Below are positions 35,076 through 45,005 of a stretch of DNA of 64,000 nt, piece by piece. The notes beneath the pieces were generated by a model. That model had not been told where the DNA came from, did no database searches, and was given only the letters and a program-made list of their open reading frames with translations. Origin of the DNA: Thermoplasmata archaeon (GTDB lineage: Archaea > Thermoplasmatota > Thermoplasmata > Lutacidiplasmatales > UBA184); contig DATGZO010000010.1 of NCBI GenBank assembly GCA_035297105.1, positions 1,241 to 65,240 on the forward strand, given 5' to 3'. Positions within the stretch are counted from its first letter, which is position 1. Every line of letters starts with the position of its first letter. Position numbers and translations under genes: made by a program.

Positions 35076-35795
35076 TCAGTCGCCGCTCGGGAGATGACTC
35101 TCGAACGCCGCCGCCAACCCCGGAATGTGGGCCAATGAATACGACTCCCCGCGGTGGAACGCGGTCCCCACCGGGGACTTCTCGACGATGAGCTGGCCTG
35201 CTTTCCACGTGGCCAGGCTCTGGGCCTGCACCTTGAACACGAAGTCGAAGGCCATCCTTCCTGCCCCGGGCGCGCCCACGGCCGTGAAGATCGCGAGCAT
35301 CTGGTTCCGACGGAAGGGGTCGATCACGTGGCGGACCCCCTCGACATCGGTGGGGTAGTACGCCCGGACCCGGTCCGAGTCGGCGACCACGAGGACCGGT
35401 CGGGGAGGGTCGATTCCCGAGCGGCTTACCGCGTCCTGGATCACTCCGGGGAGCCGGATGAAATCGGTGATCTCCGAGAGCGTGGACTCCGGCTCGTCCG
35501 AGCGAACGATGGTTCCGAGGGCCATGTTAGCGACCGCATCCTGCGGGCGCGCGTCCGGAGTGGACAGAACGTAGTGACGGTCCTCGCTGACCCAGCCCAA
35601 CCGGATCGGGTCTTCGATCTCGGGCACGCGGCCCTCGTCGCAAATGCTGACCCAGTACAGGGTCGGATGGGTCGCGGCCCCGAAGGCATAGGCGACCCGG
35701 TGGAGGACCTCCCGGCACGGACCGTGGAGGAACGTCGCCCATGGTCCCGCTCCCACGGCCTTGAGATCGGGTGGGAGGGCGGTCCGGTACGCCAC
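35076..35795 (-). CDS. Hypothetical protein; paralog of 10157..10921
   Basis: 239-aa ORF. See the similarity blocks listed for 10157..10921. It lies downstream of the DUF885 gene on the same strand. Confidence 0.55.
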   Translation of the reverse strand: MAYRTALPPDLKAVGAGPWATFLHGPCREVLHRVAYAFGAATHPTLYWVSICDEGRVPEIEDPIRLGWVSEDRHYVLSTPDARPQDAVANMALGTIVRSDEPESTLSEITDFIRLPGVIQDAVSRSGIDPPRPVLVVADSDRVRAYYPTDVEGVRHVIDPFRRNQMLAIFTAVGAPGAGRMAFDFVFKVQAQSLATWKAGQLIVEKSPVGTAFHRGESYSLAHIPGLAAAFESHLPSGD

Positions 35796-35915
35796 GGAGA
35801 GAGATGGACCGGTCGAGGGGATAAACCCTGAGGTCAGAGATTTCCACGTTTCGCATCCCGGGTTCCGTACATGGGATCGCGATGGAAGCGAGCCTTCCCC
35901 GCGAGGCGGTTCGCT

Positions 35916-37670
35916 TCAATCGACCGAACGGCTGCCGACCCAGTCGTGAGCCCGCTGCTCCACGTCGCGGAGCGGGAGCGCTCCTTCCGCGAGCAGCATG
36001 TCGTGGAAGGCGCGGATGTCGAACCGGTCCCCAAGGCGTCCCTCCGCCCACGTTCGCAATTCCCGGAACTTCAACTGCCCGATCTTGTAGGCCAGCGCCT
36101 GGCCGGGCCAGACGATGTACCGGTCGACCTCGACCGCAATTCCCGTATCGCTCATTCCCGTATGCTCGTGGAAGAACTGGATCGCCCGCTCCCGGCCCCA
36201 GCCGAGCGCGTGGAGGCCGGTATCGACTACGAGCCGGATCGATCGCCACATGTCCAGCGTCAATTGGCCCATCTTCGAGTACGGGTCCTGGTAGCATCCC
36301 AGCTCCTCTCCGAGACTCTCGGCATACAGTCCCCACCCTTCGCAGAATGCGGTCGGCCCCGACTCGCGCCGGAACGTCGGCAAGTGGTCGAGTTCCTGCG
36401 CCAACGCGATCTGGAGGTGGTGGCCCGGTACGGCTTCGTGGAGGGTCAGCGCCTCCATCTCCCACCGGGGACGGATCCCGACCTGGTAGGTGTTCGCGTA
36501 GAACGTGCCCGGCCGGCCGGTCGAGGGGACTCCGCTGAAGTAGTAGGCGGCGGGGGAGGTCGCCTCTCGGAAGGCGGGCACCGGTCGGATCCCGTACGGA
36601 AGGCGCGGCAGTCGGCCGAAGAGACGCCCTAGCTCGGGGTCGATCTTCTTCGCGATGATCCGATACCCGTCGAGGAGGTCGCTGGACTGAGACCAGTAGA
36701 ATCGAGGGTCCTTCCGCAGGAACTCCCTGAATTCGGAGGCGGTGCCCGAGAACCCGGTCCGGGCCATCAACTCCGCGGTCGCGGCGTCCAGCCGTCGTAC
36801 TTCGGCGAGGCCGATCTCGTGGATCTGTTCGGGGGTCAGGTCCGTCGTGGTCGATTGCCGAACCAAGAATCGGTAGGCCGCGGGCCCGTTGGGGAGGGCC
36901 GACGCACCGACCTCCTCCCGACACGCGGGGTAGTACTCCGACTGAAAGTACTCCCGTAGCCGTTCGAAGGCCGGAACGACTCGCTCGACGTAGGTCGCCC
37001 GCGCCTCCGCGATGAAGCGGGATCTCTCCGCGCCCGGGATCGTGCTCGGAACGTGCGCGAACGGTTCCAGGAGGACGCTCGACGCCGGGTCGGATGGGAT
37101 CAGGTTCCGGATCTGAGCGGGGACGCCTTGGACCGATACTCGCGGAGGGGTGTACCCCCGGGCCCGGCCCGCCACCAGGAGGATCCGGTTCTGCTCGATC
37201 GCGACCGGGAGGGCCTTGAGACGCGCGAGGAGGTCGTCATAATCCGAGCGGGTCGAACGCGGTTGGAGCTCGACCATGTCGCCGGCCAACACGGGGATTC
37301 CTTCGAGTTGGTTGAGGGGCATCCAAAGGCTTCGGGGGGATCCGGTGACGAAGGGAAACGGGTCGAGGCCGTACTGAATTCCCTCGGTAGCCGCGGCGAG
37401 AAGCGAGCGGTAGAGGTCAAAGCTCAACCGGTCCGAGGGCGGAAGCTTCTCTCGCTCGAAGGCACGGAGCTCGGTTACGCTTTGGGCCAGGTGGTGAGTG
37501 CGCCGCTCGATGCCCTCCTCCGAGTCGTCGGTCCACCGGTCGTTCATCCCCGGCATGCCGAGGACGGTGCCGGCCTCCGGGTAGGCCCGGATCCAGGCCT
37601 CCCAGTCGCGTGCCAGGAAGTCGCGGAACTCCGCTCCCCACCCGGCCTCGGTGCGCGCTCCCGCGGACAT
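35916..37670 (-). CDS. DUF885-family protein (putative zinc metallopeptidase with an HEXXH-like motif)
   Basis: The 584-aa ORF has the DUF885 hallmark 'LTLHEAVPGHHLQIALAQE' and the overall length/architecture expected of that family. Confidence 0.75.
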   Translation of the reverse strand: MSAGARTEAGWGAEFRDFLARDWEAWIRAYPEAGTVLGMPGMNDRWTDDSEEGIERRTHHLAQSVTELRAFEREKLPPSDRLSFDLYRSLLAAATEGIQYGLDPFPFVTGSPRSLWMPLNQLEGIPVLAGDMVELQPRSTRSDYDDLLARLKALPVAIEQNRILLVAGRARGYTPPRVSVQGVPAQIRNLIPSDPASSVLLEPFAHVPSTIPGAERSRFIAEARATYVERVVPAFERLREYFQSEYYPACREEVGASALPNGPAAYRFLVRQSTTTDLTPEQIHEIGLAEVRRLDAATAELMARTGFSGTASEFREFLRKDPRFYWSQSSDLLDGYRIIAKKIDPELGRLFGRLPRLPYGIRPVPAFREATSPAAYYFSGVPSTGRPGTFYANTYQVGIRPRWEMEALTLHEAVPGHHLQIALAQELDHLPTFRRESGPTAFCEGWGLYAESLGEELGCYQDPYSKMGQLTLDMWRSIRLVVDTGLHALGWGRERAIQFFHEHTGMSDTGIAVEVDRYIVWPGQALAYKIGQLKFRELRTWAEGRLGDRFDIRAFHDMLLAEGALPLRDVEQRAHDWVGSRSVD

Positions 37671-37891
37671 GTTGTGGGCGACCCCCTAGGGCCCCGGGGA
37701 ACATCGTTCACGGTATAAGATTCGAGGAGGCGCCCGTGGGAAGGCGACCGACCTGCCCGACGGCGCGGAGCGCGAATCCCCGGACGGGGTCTCACAAAGC
37801 TCTTGACCGAGGGAGGAGGTGGTTAAGGACGACAATCCCTTCGACGAGGATCGCCCTTTCTTGGGAGGTTCCTTCGCGGGGCGGGTCGACC

Positions 37892-39271
37892 ATGGCGATC
37901 TCCGTACGAGCCACCAAATCCGGATCCGCCGGAAGTTCTCGCGCGAAGCGCTACGCGAACGGCAAGGCCCTCCGCGGACAGGTCCCACGGTCCGCGCACG
38001 CCGTCTGGACACCGGCCAAGGATCGACCGGACCCGGTCGACCTGCTCCTGGACGCCGACGCCCACCGCGTACCCTCGCTCGTCCCCATCCGGTACGGCCG
38101 GATGTCCCTCTCCCCGTTCGCCTTCCTTCGGGGTGCGGCGAGCGTCATGGCCCACGACCTGTCGGCCACCCCGACCACCGGGATCCGAACCCAACTTTGC
38201 GGGGATGCTCACCTGAGCAACTTCGGGGTCTTCGGCACACCCGAGCGGGACCAGGTCTTCGACGTGAACGATTTTGACGAAACCCTGCCCGGCCCTTGGG
38301 AGTGGGATGTCAAGCGACTCGCGACCAGCCTCGTGGTCGCCGGCCGCCAGAACGGCTTTTCTCCGGGGTTGAACCGAAAGGCAGCCCGCACTGCGGTCCG
38401 CGCCTACCGAGAGAGAATGGGCCGGTTCGCCCGCGAGCGGTACCTCGACACGTGGTACTCCCATCTGGACCTCGAGAACCTGGGGTGGGGGCTGAAGCGG
38501 GGGGGGCGGAAGCTGATGAGCCGGGCCGTGAAGAAGGCGCGCCGTCGTACGGGCCTCCACGCGTTCCCGAAGATGGTCAAGGTCGTCAACGGGCGCTACC
38601 GGATCCGCGACGATCCGCCTCTCATCGTGCACTACACGAACCCCGCCCACGACGAGGAATCCCGGGTCTTCTTCGACCGTTACCTGGCGACGTTGCCGGA
38701 TGAGCGCCGCATGCTGCTCGACCGCTACCACATCGTGGACGTCGCGCAGAAGGTCGTAGGGGTCGGCAGTGTCGGCACCGCCTGCTCGGTCCTCCTTCTG
38801 ATGGCGGACCGGGATGTGGAAGACCCTCTCTTCCTCCAGCTGAAGCAGGCCGGCTCCTCCGCCCTCGAACCCTACCAGGGGGCGAGTCCCTACGCGAACC
38901 ACGCCCAGCGGGTCGTGGTCGGCCAGCACCTGATGCAGGAAGCCAGCGATATCTTCCTCGGGTGGAGCTCGGTTCGGTCCGAGGACTTCTACGTGCGCCA
39001 GTTGCGGGACATGAAGTTCTCCTCGGACGTGACCACGCTAGGCCCGAAGGCACTGCTCGGACAGGCGGCGTTGTGCGGAACCGCTCTCGCCCGCGCCCAC
39101 GCGCGCACCGGGGACCCCGCGAGCATCAGCGGCTACCTGGGGGAGAAGGACGTCTTTGACGAGGCGATCGCCGGGTTCGCGGTGGCGTACGCCGACCAGA
39201 CGGAACGGGACTATCGGACCCTGATGCAGGCCGTCCAGAAGGGTCGGGTCGTGGCCCGGCCGGATGTGTAG
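37892..39271 (+). CDS. DUF2252-family protein
   Basis: The internal ATG gives 'MAISVRATKSG...'. 'CGDAHLSNFGVFGTPERDQVFDVNDFDETLPGPWEWDVKRLATS' is characteristic of DUF2252. The upstream 94 codons of the track ORF are a spurious extension. Confidence 0.7.
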   Translation: MAISVRATKSGSAGSSRAKRYANGKALRGQVPRSAHAVWTPAKDRPDPVDLLLDADAHRVPSLVPIRYGRMSLSPFAFLRGAASVMAHDLSATPTTGIRTQLCGDAHLSNFGVFGTPERDQVFDVNDFDETLPGPWEWDVKRLATSLVVAGRQNGFSPGLNRKAARTAVRAYRERMGRFARERYLDTWYSHLDLENLGWGLKRGGRKLMSRAVKKARRRTGLHAFPKMVKVVNGRYRIRDDPPLIVHYTNPAHDEESRVFFDRYLATLPDERRMLLDRYHIVDVAQKVVGVGSVGTACSVLLLMADRDVEDPLFLQLKQAGSSALEPYQGASPYANHAQRVVVGQHLMQEASDIFLGWSSVRSEDFYVRQLRDMKFSSDVTTLGPKALLGQAALCGTALARAHARTGDPASISGYLGEKDVFDEAIAGFAVAYADQTERDYRTLMQAVQKGRVVARPDV

Positions 39272-39300
39272 GTCGTCTCTTGCGACCGGTTCCGGACCGG

Positions 39301-39960
39301 TTACCTCAGGAGGAGGTACCAGAACCAGACGATGACGAGGACGGAGCTCCAGATCACCATGAAGGTGAGCGGAAGGACCTCCACCAGCGCGAGCGGATCG
39401 ACCCGATCCATCCACGAGACCTGACGCAAGTGGGCGAATCGCGCCTCGTGCGCGAGGTACGGTCGTAGCAAGTTCACATTCATCGTCTCCCCCGATCGCA
39501 GGGTGATCGCACCCGTAAGGATCCCCTCCACGGGAGGGTTCTCCCGTTCGAGCAGACGGGCGGCCTCACGCCAGAGGTTCTGCGCATCGTTCGTGCGATG
39601 CAAGAGGACGGCCCAGACGAGGGAGATCAGGATCCCCAACCCCGCGAGGAAAGTGACCGAAACGACCAGGAGCGAGGGTTCGTTGAGCAGGTCCGCGAGA
39701 ACGACCAGGAGCCCGGTGATAAGTACGGTGCCGATCGCCGCGTAGTACGTGGTCCGTCCGGTGGCGAGTTGCCCCTCCTCCGCCGCGAGCCGTTCGAACT
39801 TGTCGTGGAGCCAACGGCGGTCGGCCGAGTTCACGGGGGGATCCGGGGGCGTTCCGGGGGCGGGGGGGTCCGACGGGAGCACGCGTCCCCCATGGGCGGT
39901 CCGCCGTAAGGCTGTCGGTGGGCGCCGCGAAACTTCAAATTCTCGAGGAGGGCGCCCCAC
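39301..39960 (-). CDS. Hypothetical membrane protein (cytoplasmic N-domain plus 3-4 TM); the start is uncertain
   Basis: 'RRWLHDKFERLAAEEGQLATGRTTYYAAIGTVLITGLLVVLADLL' is followed by further helices ('VVSVTFLAGLGILISLVWAVLL', 'VLPLTFMVIWSSVLVIVWFWYLLL'). It is divergent from tmk. Confidence 0.45.
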   Translation of the reverse strand: MGRPPREFEVSRRPPTALRRTAHGGRVLPSDPPAPGTPPDPPVNSADRRWLHDKFERLAAEEGQLATGRTTYYAAIGTVLITGLLVVLADLLNEPSLLVVSVTFLAGLGILISLVWAVLLHRTNDAQNLWREAARLLERENPPVEGILTGAITLRSGETMNVNLLRPYLAHEARFAHLRQVSWMDRVDPLALVEVLPLTFMVIWSSVLVIVWFWYLLLR

Positions 39961-40081
39961 GAAGGGCGTTCCCGGGAATCGGAGGAAGCTCTATGGGGCC
40001 CTTGGCCCTCCCCCCTCCCGCCGTCGGTCGGGCGGGCGCGAACTGAGCAGGGTCCACCGACCGAGCGGGAAGGAGGGAACG

Positions 40082-40672
40082 ATGAGCGATCGAGGCACCT
40101 ACGTCGTGATCGAGGGGATTGACGGAACCGGTAAGACCGAGCTCGCGGCCCGGCTCGTTCCCCCGCTGTTGCGCCGCGGTCACTCCGTCTCCAGCTTCCG
40201 GGAGCCGACCGACAAGTTCCTGCGCGGCCAGTTCTCCCGGCTCGTCAAGAACGATTCGCTCGCCGCCGCGCTCTGTTACACGGTCGATCGGGCGATCCTG
40301 CGACCGCAGATCGAGCGGGCGCTCGACCTGGGGGACATCGTGATCCAGGACCGATCGTTCTACTCGAGCCTCGCCTACGAGTCGCCGGGACTGGACGGCG
40401 AGACGGCGCGGGAACTGGAACGGATCGAGCGGGGTCTCGCGATGGAACCCGACCTCGTCCTGTACCTGGACGCCCCGATAGAGCTCGCCATGAAGCGAGT
40501 GGAGGCAAGCGGGCAGCGCAACGCGTTCGAGGACGAACCGTACTTGCGCCGCGTGAAGGCGAAGTTCGAGCAGATGTTCCAGGCCCCCCGTTGGGTGCGG
40601 GTCGATTCGACCGGCACTCCCGACCACACGATCGAGCAGGCGATGAACGCCCTGCTCGCCGCGGGGCTCTAG
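40082..40672 (+). CDS. tmk: Thymidylate kinase
   Basis: The P-loop is 'YVVIEGIDGTGKTELAARL', with the DRS motif 'VIQDRSFYSSLAY' and a lid region. The internal ATG is MSDRGTY. Confidence 0.85.
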   Translation: MSDRGTYVVIEGIDGTGKTELAARLVPPLLRRGHSVSSFREPTDKFLRGQFSRLVKNDSLAAALCYTVDRAILRPQIERALDLGDIVIQDRSFYSSLAYESPGLDGETARELERIERGLAMEPDLVLYLDAPIELAMKRVEASGQRNAFEDEPYLRRVKAKFEQMFQAPRWVRVDSTGTPDHTIEQAMNALLAAGL

Positions 40673-40697
40673 GGCCGGGGCATCCCGCGGGCGGGGT

Positions 40698-40970
40698 CTA
40701 CCAGTCCATCCAGGTCCGGGCCTGGCGGAACCCGAACGAGACCCAGATGCCCGCCATCACGCCGAAGAGGACGAGGATCGAGACCACGAACACGACGATG
40801 TTCTGGAAGAGACTGAAGCCGTGCGCCCAGAACCCGATGTAGAGCAGCGTAGCGCTCAACCACGCGACGGGCACCAGGATCGAAGCGACGATACGGTGCT
40901 TGAGGCCGGTGAGGGTCGTCGAGATGGGTGCGTCGGACCAGACACTTTCTGGGCCAGGTGGGGGTGCCAT
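40698..40970 (-). CDS. Small 2-TM membrane protein (90 aa)
   Basis: 'IVASILVPVAWLSATLLYIGFWAHGF' and 'IVVFVVSILVLFGVMAGIWVSFGF' are two hydrophobic helices. Confidence 0.4.
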   Translation of the reverse strand: MAPPPGPESVWSDAPISTTLTGLKHRIVASILVPVAWLSATLLYIGFWAHGFSLFQNIVVFVVSILVLFGVMAGIWVSFGFRQARTWMDW

Positions 40971-41192
40971 GGGGAGAGGGAGGTCCGGGGATGGTAAAGG
41001 GACGACTCACCTCCGGTGAGCACCGCAGGTCGGGTCGAGACCGAACGACGGACCCGGCGGGGGTGGCAAGTTCCATAGCCGCACGCACGTCTCCCCGTTC
41101 GTGCCACGCGAGCCGGCAGACGCGAATCGTTGGACCCGACCGGCTCGAGTGGGAGGGCATGCCGTCTCGCCCCCCAAGGTCGGAGCCCCCTG

Positions 41193-41717
41193 ATGTCCGA
41201 TCCACTCCCTTCCGTTCCCGTCGATCTCGCCGTCTCCGACCGGGAGCAGGCGGTACCCGTGATCATCGATTCGTTCGAAGGCATCTACCGCTGGCACGCG
41301 AAACGGACCTTACGGGAAGCCTCCCGGGTACGGGCGATCCATGCCGAGGGACGAGTGATCGCCGTCTCGATGCTGGAGCAGCTGGTCCCCGAGGTCGGGT
41401 ACGTGTACTATCTCGCGGTCCTGAATTCCCTCCGCGGCCAGGGACTGGGAGGGGTTCTCCTGGACGATGCCCTCCGCCTCTTCGAGCAGGACCGGGTCGA
41501 GGTGGTGTACGCCGCCGCCGAGGAAGGGAACGCACCCTCGATCGCGCTCTTCCGATCGCGCGGGTTTCAGCTGGTCGAGCGAAAAGAACTCAGCTACCGA
41601 GAGGGAGGGCTCGGCGCGTGGGGTCTCCGGAGTCGAATGCGGATTGTGTGGGGGGAGGTGTTACTGGGAAAGCGGATCGCTCCTCCCCCGAAGCCTCGTT
41701 CCTCCACCCCGTCCTGA
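41193..41717 (+). CDS. GNAT-family N-acetyltransferase
   Basis: 'YVYYLAVLNSLRGQGLGGVLLDDALRLFEQDRVEVVYAAAEEGNAPSIALFRSRGFQLV' carries GNAT motifs A/B. The internal ATG is MSDPLPS. Confidence 0.7.
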   Translation: MSDPLPSVPVDLAVSDREQAVPVIIDSFEGIYRWHAKRTLREASRVRAIHAEGRVIAVSMLEQLVPEVGYVYYLAVLNSLRGQGLGGVLLDDALRLFEQDRVEVVYAAAEEGNAPSIALFRSRGFQLVERKELSYREGGLGAWGLRSRMRIVWGEVLLGKRIAPPPKPRSSTPS

Positions 41718-41749
41718 CCTTCACGGATCCGTCGACCGAGGAACCGGGA

Positions 41750-42145
41750 TTACCGGCCCGGAGGCGGGGGTGGGGGGAATGAAGGATAGCTCGGCGGAGG
41801 GCCGATGGGAGAGGCCGGGGACCACGACGGGGGGCCCAACAGCATCGAAGGGCCCCCGGGGCGCTCCAACCGGGCGGCCATGATCCCCAGCATCGTCATC
41901 ACGACCAGCGCCACGCCGACGCCGGCCACGATGAGACCCCCACCGATGACGTAGGTCGCGTCGACGCTCGTGTTCGCCGCGTTCTGGTCGGTCGACCGGC
42001 AGTTGTTGGGGGCGTTCCCGAACTCGCAGTTGATCGTGGTCTGGTCCGCATTGGAGACGATTACGAGCCCAGCGCCTACCAGAATCAGCCCCACCATCAC
42101 CAAGACGGCGCCGACGATCCCGGTGCTTCCCCCGGCTCGGGCCAT
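41750..42145 (-). CDS. Small 2-TM protein with a Cys-containing extracytoplasmic loop and a Pro-rich C-terminal tail (tandem paralog 1)
   Basis: 'TGIVGAVLVMVGLILVGAGLVIV' - loop 'SNADQTTINCEFGNAPNNCRSTDQNAANTS' - 'YVIGGGLIVAGVGVALVVMTMLGIM', then 'PPSYPSFPPPPPPGR'. The gene at 42305..42637 has the same architecture. Confidence 0.5.
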   Translation of the reverse strand: MARAGGSTGIVGAVLVMVGLILVGAGLVIVSNADQTTINCEFGNAPNNCRSTDQNAANTSVDATYVIGGGLIVAGVGVALVVMTMLGIMAARLERPGGPSMLLGPPSWSPASPIGPPPSYPSFPPPPPPGR

Positions 42146-42304
42146 GTCCCGGCCATGACGCCGGGAGAGATACAACTTCTCTCGGAGCCTCGCCCCCCGG
42201 GGACCGCGCTCCGTGCCCCTAAACCGGGCTGTGCTGAGGGGGGCGAGAGTCCTCGGCACGCCTCCGTTCGCTCCGCTCCGGGAGCCGCCGAGGAAAGTCG
42301 AGCG

Positions 42305-42637
42305 CTAGGGGGGCCCAACGGAGGGAGGAACCGGCGGGGACGGGTACAGGGAGCTCCCGGCCGTCGGGGGGGGCGGCCACCGTCCCATCAGCACGATGGC
42401 CGCGGCGAGAGTGCAACCCACGCCGACCCCGCCGGCGACGAACCCAATCCCGAGGAAGGTTTCCGACTCGAACGTCGCGTTGGTCGCGTTCCGTGCGTCA
42501 AATTGGCAGTCGTGCCTGCAGTTCAACACCTGGCTCTCGGCGAAGCCTTCGTTGAGGTAGCCGAATCCGGCCAGGGCAAAGCCGGCGAAGATGAGGATGG
42601 CCCCGACCGTCCCCAGCAACCGAAGTCCGGAGGCCAT
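42305..42637 (-). CDS. Small 2-TM protein with a Cys-containing loop and a Pro-rich tail (tandem paralog 2)
   Basis: 'LLGTVGAILIFAGFALAGFGYL' - loop 'NEGFAESQVLNCRHDCQFDARNATNATFES' - 'FLGIGFVAGGVGVGCTLAAAIVLM', then 'PPPPTAGSSLYPSPPVPPSVGPP'. Confidence 0.5.
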   Translation of the reverse strand: MASGLRLLGTVGAILIFAGFALAGFGYLNEGFAESQVLNCRHDCQFDARNATNATFESETFLGIGFVAGGVGVGCTLAAAIVLMGRWPPPPTAGSSLYPSPPVPPSVGPP

Positions 42638-42733
42638 GACCCGCCATCGGCTCCGGTCAGATAGAGGTTCCGGCGGGGACGATGTCGACCCCTCGAGGGG
42701 CCGCAAATCCGCGGGAGGGACGGGAAGGGTCCC

Positions 42734-43021
42734 TTACGGAACGATCGCGATCTTCCCCGACCGCCCCATCGAAACCTGGAGCTTGCCGCGGAAGTCCTTG
42801 ACCCAGCCGTCGGTGATCTGAACCTTCTGGCCCACCGTGTACTTCTGGATATCGTCGCCCCAAAGGGTGAGGGTCGTCGTTCCCGTCTCGTCCTGGAGGG
42901 TGGCGTCCGCGACCTTCGAGGTCCCGCGCGAGGTAGTTACTTCGCGGGGTGCGGAGACGGCGGTGATCGTGGCGGTAAACGTCGCATTCGAGTTCGCTCG
43001 GAGGGTCGCGATGCCTGGCAT
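42734..43021 (-). CDS. Small OB-fold (RPA/SSB-like) protein; paralog of 25288..25596
   Basis: See 25288..25596. The internal ATG is MPGIATL. The track ORF begins at a TTG 22 codons upstream. Confidence 0.5.
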   Translation of the reverse strand: MPGIATLRANSNATFTATITAVSAPREVTTSRGTSKVADATLQDETGTTTLTLWGDDIQKYTVGQKVQITDGWVKDFRGKLQVSMGRSGKIAIVP

Positions 43022-43340
43022 GACGGCGTGGCGAACCGCGGGAGGGTTTAGCTCCTTTGGGTTCCCGTCGGGACGCGGCGAGGGCAAGAAATCGGGCCAG
43101 GTCGGCCTCCCTTCGAGCCGCGGGGGCTCCTCGACCGGTTCGGGCGAGGTCGCTCTTCCGACCCGCCCACAACGGTTTCGCTCCCCCCTCGAACCGAAAG
43201 GAACCCTCGCCTCCGACCCGACGTGGTGGCTCGAAGGTAACCTTCCCTTGCAATCCAGTTAAGGGTTCGACGGTGGCGCGGCCAATGCGACCCACCACGG
43301 ATTCCCGCGCAGTGGGTTCCGGGTTCCCCCGCCCTCGGTC

Positions 43341-44960
43341 ATGGAACGCCCGGAGGAGTCGATGAAGCTCGACGAACTGCCGGTGCCCGTCGGCGCGCCC
43401 GAGATCGAGCCGGAGACGGAGGCGGGCCGCGCACGCCGGACCGGGGTGCGCCGCCCGGCCCTCGCCGTCGCGGTCGTCGCGGGAATCATGCTGTGTCTCC
43501 TGATGGGAGCCCTCGACAATTTCGTCGTCCTCACGGCGCTCCACGCCATCCTGACGAACCTCTCAGCGCCCCCTACCGGGTCGACCTTCATCGTGAGCGC
43601 CTACCTGATCACGTCCACCGTGGCGGTCCCGATCTTCGCGAAGCTTTCGGACCTGTTCGACCGGAAGCGGATCTTCATCGCCGGGCTCGGGCTTTTCATC
43701 GGGGGCTCGATCCTCGCGGGCCTCAGCCAGACGTTCAGCGAGCTCGTGATCTTCCGGGCGGTCCAGGGATTCGGGAGCGGGGACTTCTTCCCGGTCGGCC
43801 TCTCGATCGTGGCGGTCATCTTCCCGCCGGAGACCCGGGCGCGCGTGACCGGCCTCCTCTCGGGAGTGTTCGGCATTGCCACGGTCGCGGGGCCGTTCGT
43901 CGGAGCGTTCATCGTGGAGCATACCACCTGGCGCTGGGTGTTCTACGTCAACATCCCCATCGGGTTGATCGGCCTCACGCTCCTGCTGGTCGCCCTCGGG
44001 CCGATCCGCCCCGAGCGGAAGGGTCGGTTCGACATCCCCGGCGCCGCCCTCCTGGCGGGGTGGGTCGCCGCCCTCATGTACACCTTGGTCGAGGTCTCCG
44101 AAGGAGTTTGGACGTGGAGCGATCCCCGGGTGGTTCCGCTCCTGCTGACCGCGGGAGTCCTCCTCGTCACGTTCGTCTGGTGGGAGGTACGGCGGGCGGT
44201 GGATCCCCTGGTCCCGCTGCGTCTGTTCTCCCGCCGGATCGTGGCGTCGAGCGCGGGGACCACGTTCCTCGTCGGGCTCGTGCTGTTCCCGCTTGCGACC
44301 TTCCTTACCTTTCTGGTCACGTACGTGACGCTCGGGAACACCGGGGACGTCGCCGACACGGTGCGCGACGTGCTGTACTTCCTCGTCATCCCGCTCGTCT
44401 TCGGGGCCGCTATCGGCGGCAACCTGTTGACGCGGGTCCCCTACCGTCCCTTGGTCCTGGTCGGGATCGGGATCTCCATCGTAGGCCTGCTGCTATTGAC
44501 CCAGGTGCGACCCTCGACTCCCGTGTGGGTGTTCGCCTACGGCTTCCTGCCGGTCGGCGGGATCGTCGCTCCCCTCATCCCGATCGGGTTCGGGGTGGGC
44601 ATGACCTTCCCGGTCTTCCTGCTCGCCGTTCAGAACCAGGTCCCCGAGGCGGAGGTCGGCGCGGCGAGCGGGCTCGTTCAGTTCTTCCAATCCCTGGGCG
44701 GAGCGATCGGGTTGACCCTGCTCGCCTCCTTCCAAGCCCAGCGACTCGCCGCGCTCGATCCTTCCGAGGTCGCGGCGGGTCTCTGCCCCCCGTACCCCGG
44801 GTTTCCGACGACCTCAGCGTGCGCGGCGGCCGTCTCGGAATCGTACGTCCAATTGTTCGAGGTCCTTGTCGTGCTGGCCGTGCTCGCCTTCGTTCTCGCG
44901 CTATTCCTCTCCGGCCGTCTCCCGAAGGGAAAGAAACCCCTCGGAGCCGGACCGCCGTAG
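43341..44960 (+). CDS. MFS transporter, DHA2 (EmrB/QacA, 14-TM) drug:H+ antiporter family
   Basis: 539 aa with about 14 hydrophobic helices. MFS motif A-like 'LSDLFDRKRIFIAGLGLF', plus 'FRAVQGFGSG' (motif C-like). Confidence 0.8.
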   Translation: MERPEESMKLDELPVPVGAPEIEPETEAGRARRTGVRRPALAVAVVAGIMLCLLMGALDNFVVLTALHAILTNLSAPPTGSTFIVSAYLITSTVAVPIFAKLSDLFDRKRIFIAGLGLFIGGSILAGLSQTFSELVIFRAVQGFGSGDFFPVGLSIVAVIFPPETRARVTGLLSGVFGIATVAGPFVGAFIVEHTTWRWVFYVNIPIGLIGLTLLLVALGPIRPERKGRFDIPGAALLAGWVAALMYTLVEVSEGVWTWSDPRVVPLLLTAGVLLVTFVWWEVRRAVDPLVPLRLFSRRIVASSAGTTFLVGLVLFPLATFLTFLVTYVTLGNTGDVADTVRDVLYFLVIPLVFGAAIGGNLLTRVPYRPLVLVGIGISIVGLLLLTQVRPSTPVWVFAYGFLPVGGIVAPLIPIGFGVGMTFPVFLLAVQNQVPEAEVGAASGLVQFFQSLGGAIGLTLLASFQAQRLAALDPSEVAAGLCPPYPGFPTTSACAAAVSESYVQLFEVLVVLAVLAFVLALFLSGRLPKGKKPLGAGPP

Positions 44961-45005
44961 TACCGGACCTCCCCCCTCCGCTCGACCCCGACCGGTCGGC
45001 CAAGC

